Shown piece after piece: positions 5,506 to 6,312 of a stretch of DNA of 6,312 nucleotides. The notes below the pieces were generated by a model that was given only the letters and a program-made list of their open reading frames with translations, searched no databases and was not told where the DNA came from. The stretch lies in the IMG/VR virus record IMGVR_UViG_2667527806_000009, one strand, 5' to 3'. The stretch is from a virus (taxonomy: Duplodnaviria; Heunggongvirae; Uroviricota; Caudoviricetes). Every line of letters starts with the position of its first letter. Position 1 is the stretch's first letter. A program made the position numbers and the translations under genes.

Positions 5506-6144
5506 TTACCCCCTGAAGCCTGGCGGGATCGCACTGTCCGGCAACGAGACGGTGTTAACCTGTCGGAGCAACGTCTCAGGCCGAACACCTTTCGGCGCGA
5601 ACAGGCCCTGGTATTCATTGGCGATGCTGTGTCGAATCACCTGCTCAGGTGTAAAACCCTGCTGACGGAATTTTTCCAGTTCCCGTATCGCCCCGTTAGC
5701 GCCCAGCTCCGTTCGAATCGGTTTTCGCAATGCCTGCCTGAACTGGACCCACTCATGCCAGAGTGTTTCTGACAACCAGTCGGGCAGATCAACTGACAAC
5801 GGGTCAAATTTTTTCTGGCGAACAGCCCCACCGATAACCAGAATTCCCTGCTCGGTGTGCCTTGCGATATCACTGCGCCGCAAGACACATATCCCGGTTT
5901 CAACAGCACCGATTTTGAGCAGTGATTTCTGTCGCGGAGAATTTCGGTCAAGCTCGATCCCACACCGGACACCGTTCCTGTCAGTCACGACGATATCAAT
6001 CCGCCCTCCGCAACCGTCACCACGCTCTGGCACCGGATACTCACGACAGACATCCAGGCCAGCAGCCTGCAACGCAACCACCGCAGAATTACAAAATTCC
6101 GCTGCAGTACCGCCAGATAATCTCCCCTCAAGCACTCCAGCCAC
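5506..6144 (-). CDS. Putative phage replication initiation protein (O-like/YdaU-type), 212 aa
   Basis: GTG start; it is the first ATG/GTG/TTG in a frame open back to 6289. Function inferred from its position upstream of the DnaC-like loader (6-nt gap) and a helical C-terminal domain; family not confirmed. Confidence 0.55.
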   Translation of the reverse strand: MAGVLEGRLSGGTAAEFCNSAVVALQAAGLDVCREYPVPERGDGCGGRIDIVVTDRNGVRCGIELDRNSPRQKSLLKIGAVETGICVLRRSDIARHTEQGILVIGGAVRQKKFDPLSVDLPDWLSETLWHEWVQFRQALRKPIRTELGANGAIRELEKFRQQGFTPEQVIRHSIANEYQGLFAPKGVRPETLLRQVNTVSLPDSAIPPGFRG

Positions 6145-6189
6145 AAAATCCCGAAACTCCCTTCCGGAAGGGAAGGGTTTGGGATGGGT

Positions 6190-6225
6190 TAGATCTGTTT
6201 TTAGATCTTTATCTGTATCTTTATT
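6190..6225. repeat. Cluster of short direct repeats (AGATCT x2, ATCTGT x2, ATCTTTAT x2)
   Basis: TTAGATCTGTTTTTAGATCTTTATCTGTATCTTTATT in the upstream region of the replication gene; function unknown (possible protein-binding sites). Confidence 0.3.
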
Positions 6226-6278
6226 AGTTGCCTTTGTGTTGGCATCTAGACTGGCCCCCTGAATCTCCAGACAACCAG

Positions 6279-6298
6279 TATCACTTATTTAAGTGATA
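6279..6298. promoter_or_regulatory. Operator-like inverted repeat (candidate CI/Cro-type repressor site)
   Basis: TATCACTTA-TT-TAAGTGATA: 9-bp perfect inverted arms around a 2-bp centre. TATCAC is the half-site core of lambda operators. Lies upstream of the replication operon at the window edge. Confidence 0.45.
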
Positions 6299-6312
6299 GT
6301 CTTAATACTAGT

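Noticed and set aside
5065-5772. 235-aa plus-strand ORF (with 5360..5665 and 4829..5081 nearby) antisense to the DnaC-like and initiator genes
   Set aside because: Lies wholly antisense to minus-strand genes that have clear Walker motifs and RBSs; translation is low-complexity and Arg/Ser/Pro-rich, typical of spurious antisense frames in GC-rich coding DNA; no SD.
5855-6262. Plus-strand ORFs 5855..6262 and 5922..6227
   Set aside because: Antisense to the initiator gene and its upstream regulatory region; Ser/Pro/Arg-rich composition; no RBS.

Overview
This window reads as the early/replication to nin-like region of an enterobacterial lambdoid prophage (Qin/Rac-like gene content), with every credible gene on the minus strand. 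Along the minus strand from high to low coordinates: an operator-like inverted repeat, a putative replication initiator, a DnaC-like helicase loader, two small Cys-containing putative DNA-binding proteins, a QueH (DUF208) homolog, a translationally coupled block of four genes including an HNH endonuclease, a bidirectional terminator, a complete hok-type type I toxin locus, and an 83-aa Rem-like ORF. The most unusual structure is a perfect 70-bp direct repeat (2787-2856 and 3816-3885) that brackets the queH gene plus a second, diverged hok leader; that second hok locus runs into a 10-N gap exactly where its toxin CDS should be. The two hok leaders differ by compensatory substitutions that preserve a stem, which argues for a conserved RNA structure. 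All calls come from reading the sequence and ORF track by eye; no database search or structure computation was run, and family assignments rest on recognised motifs.
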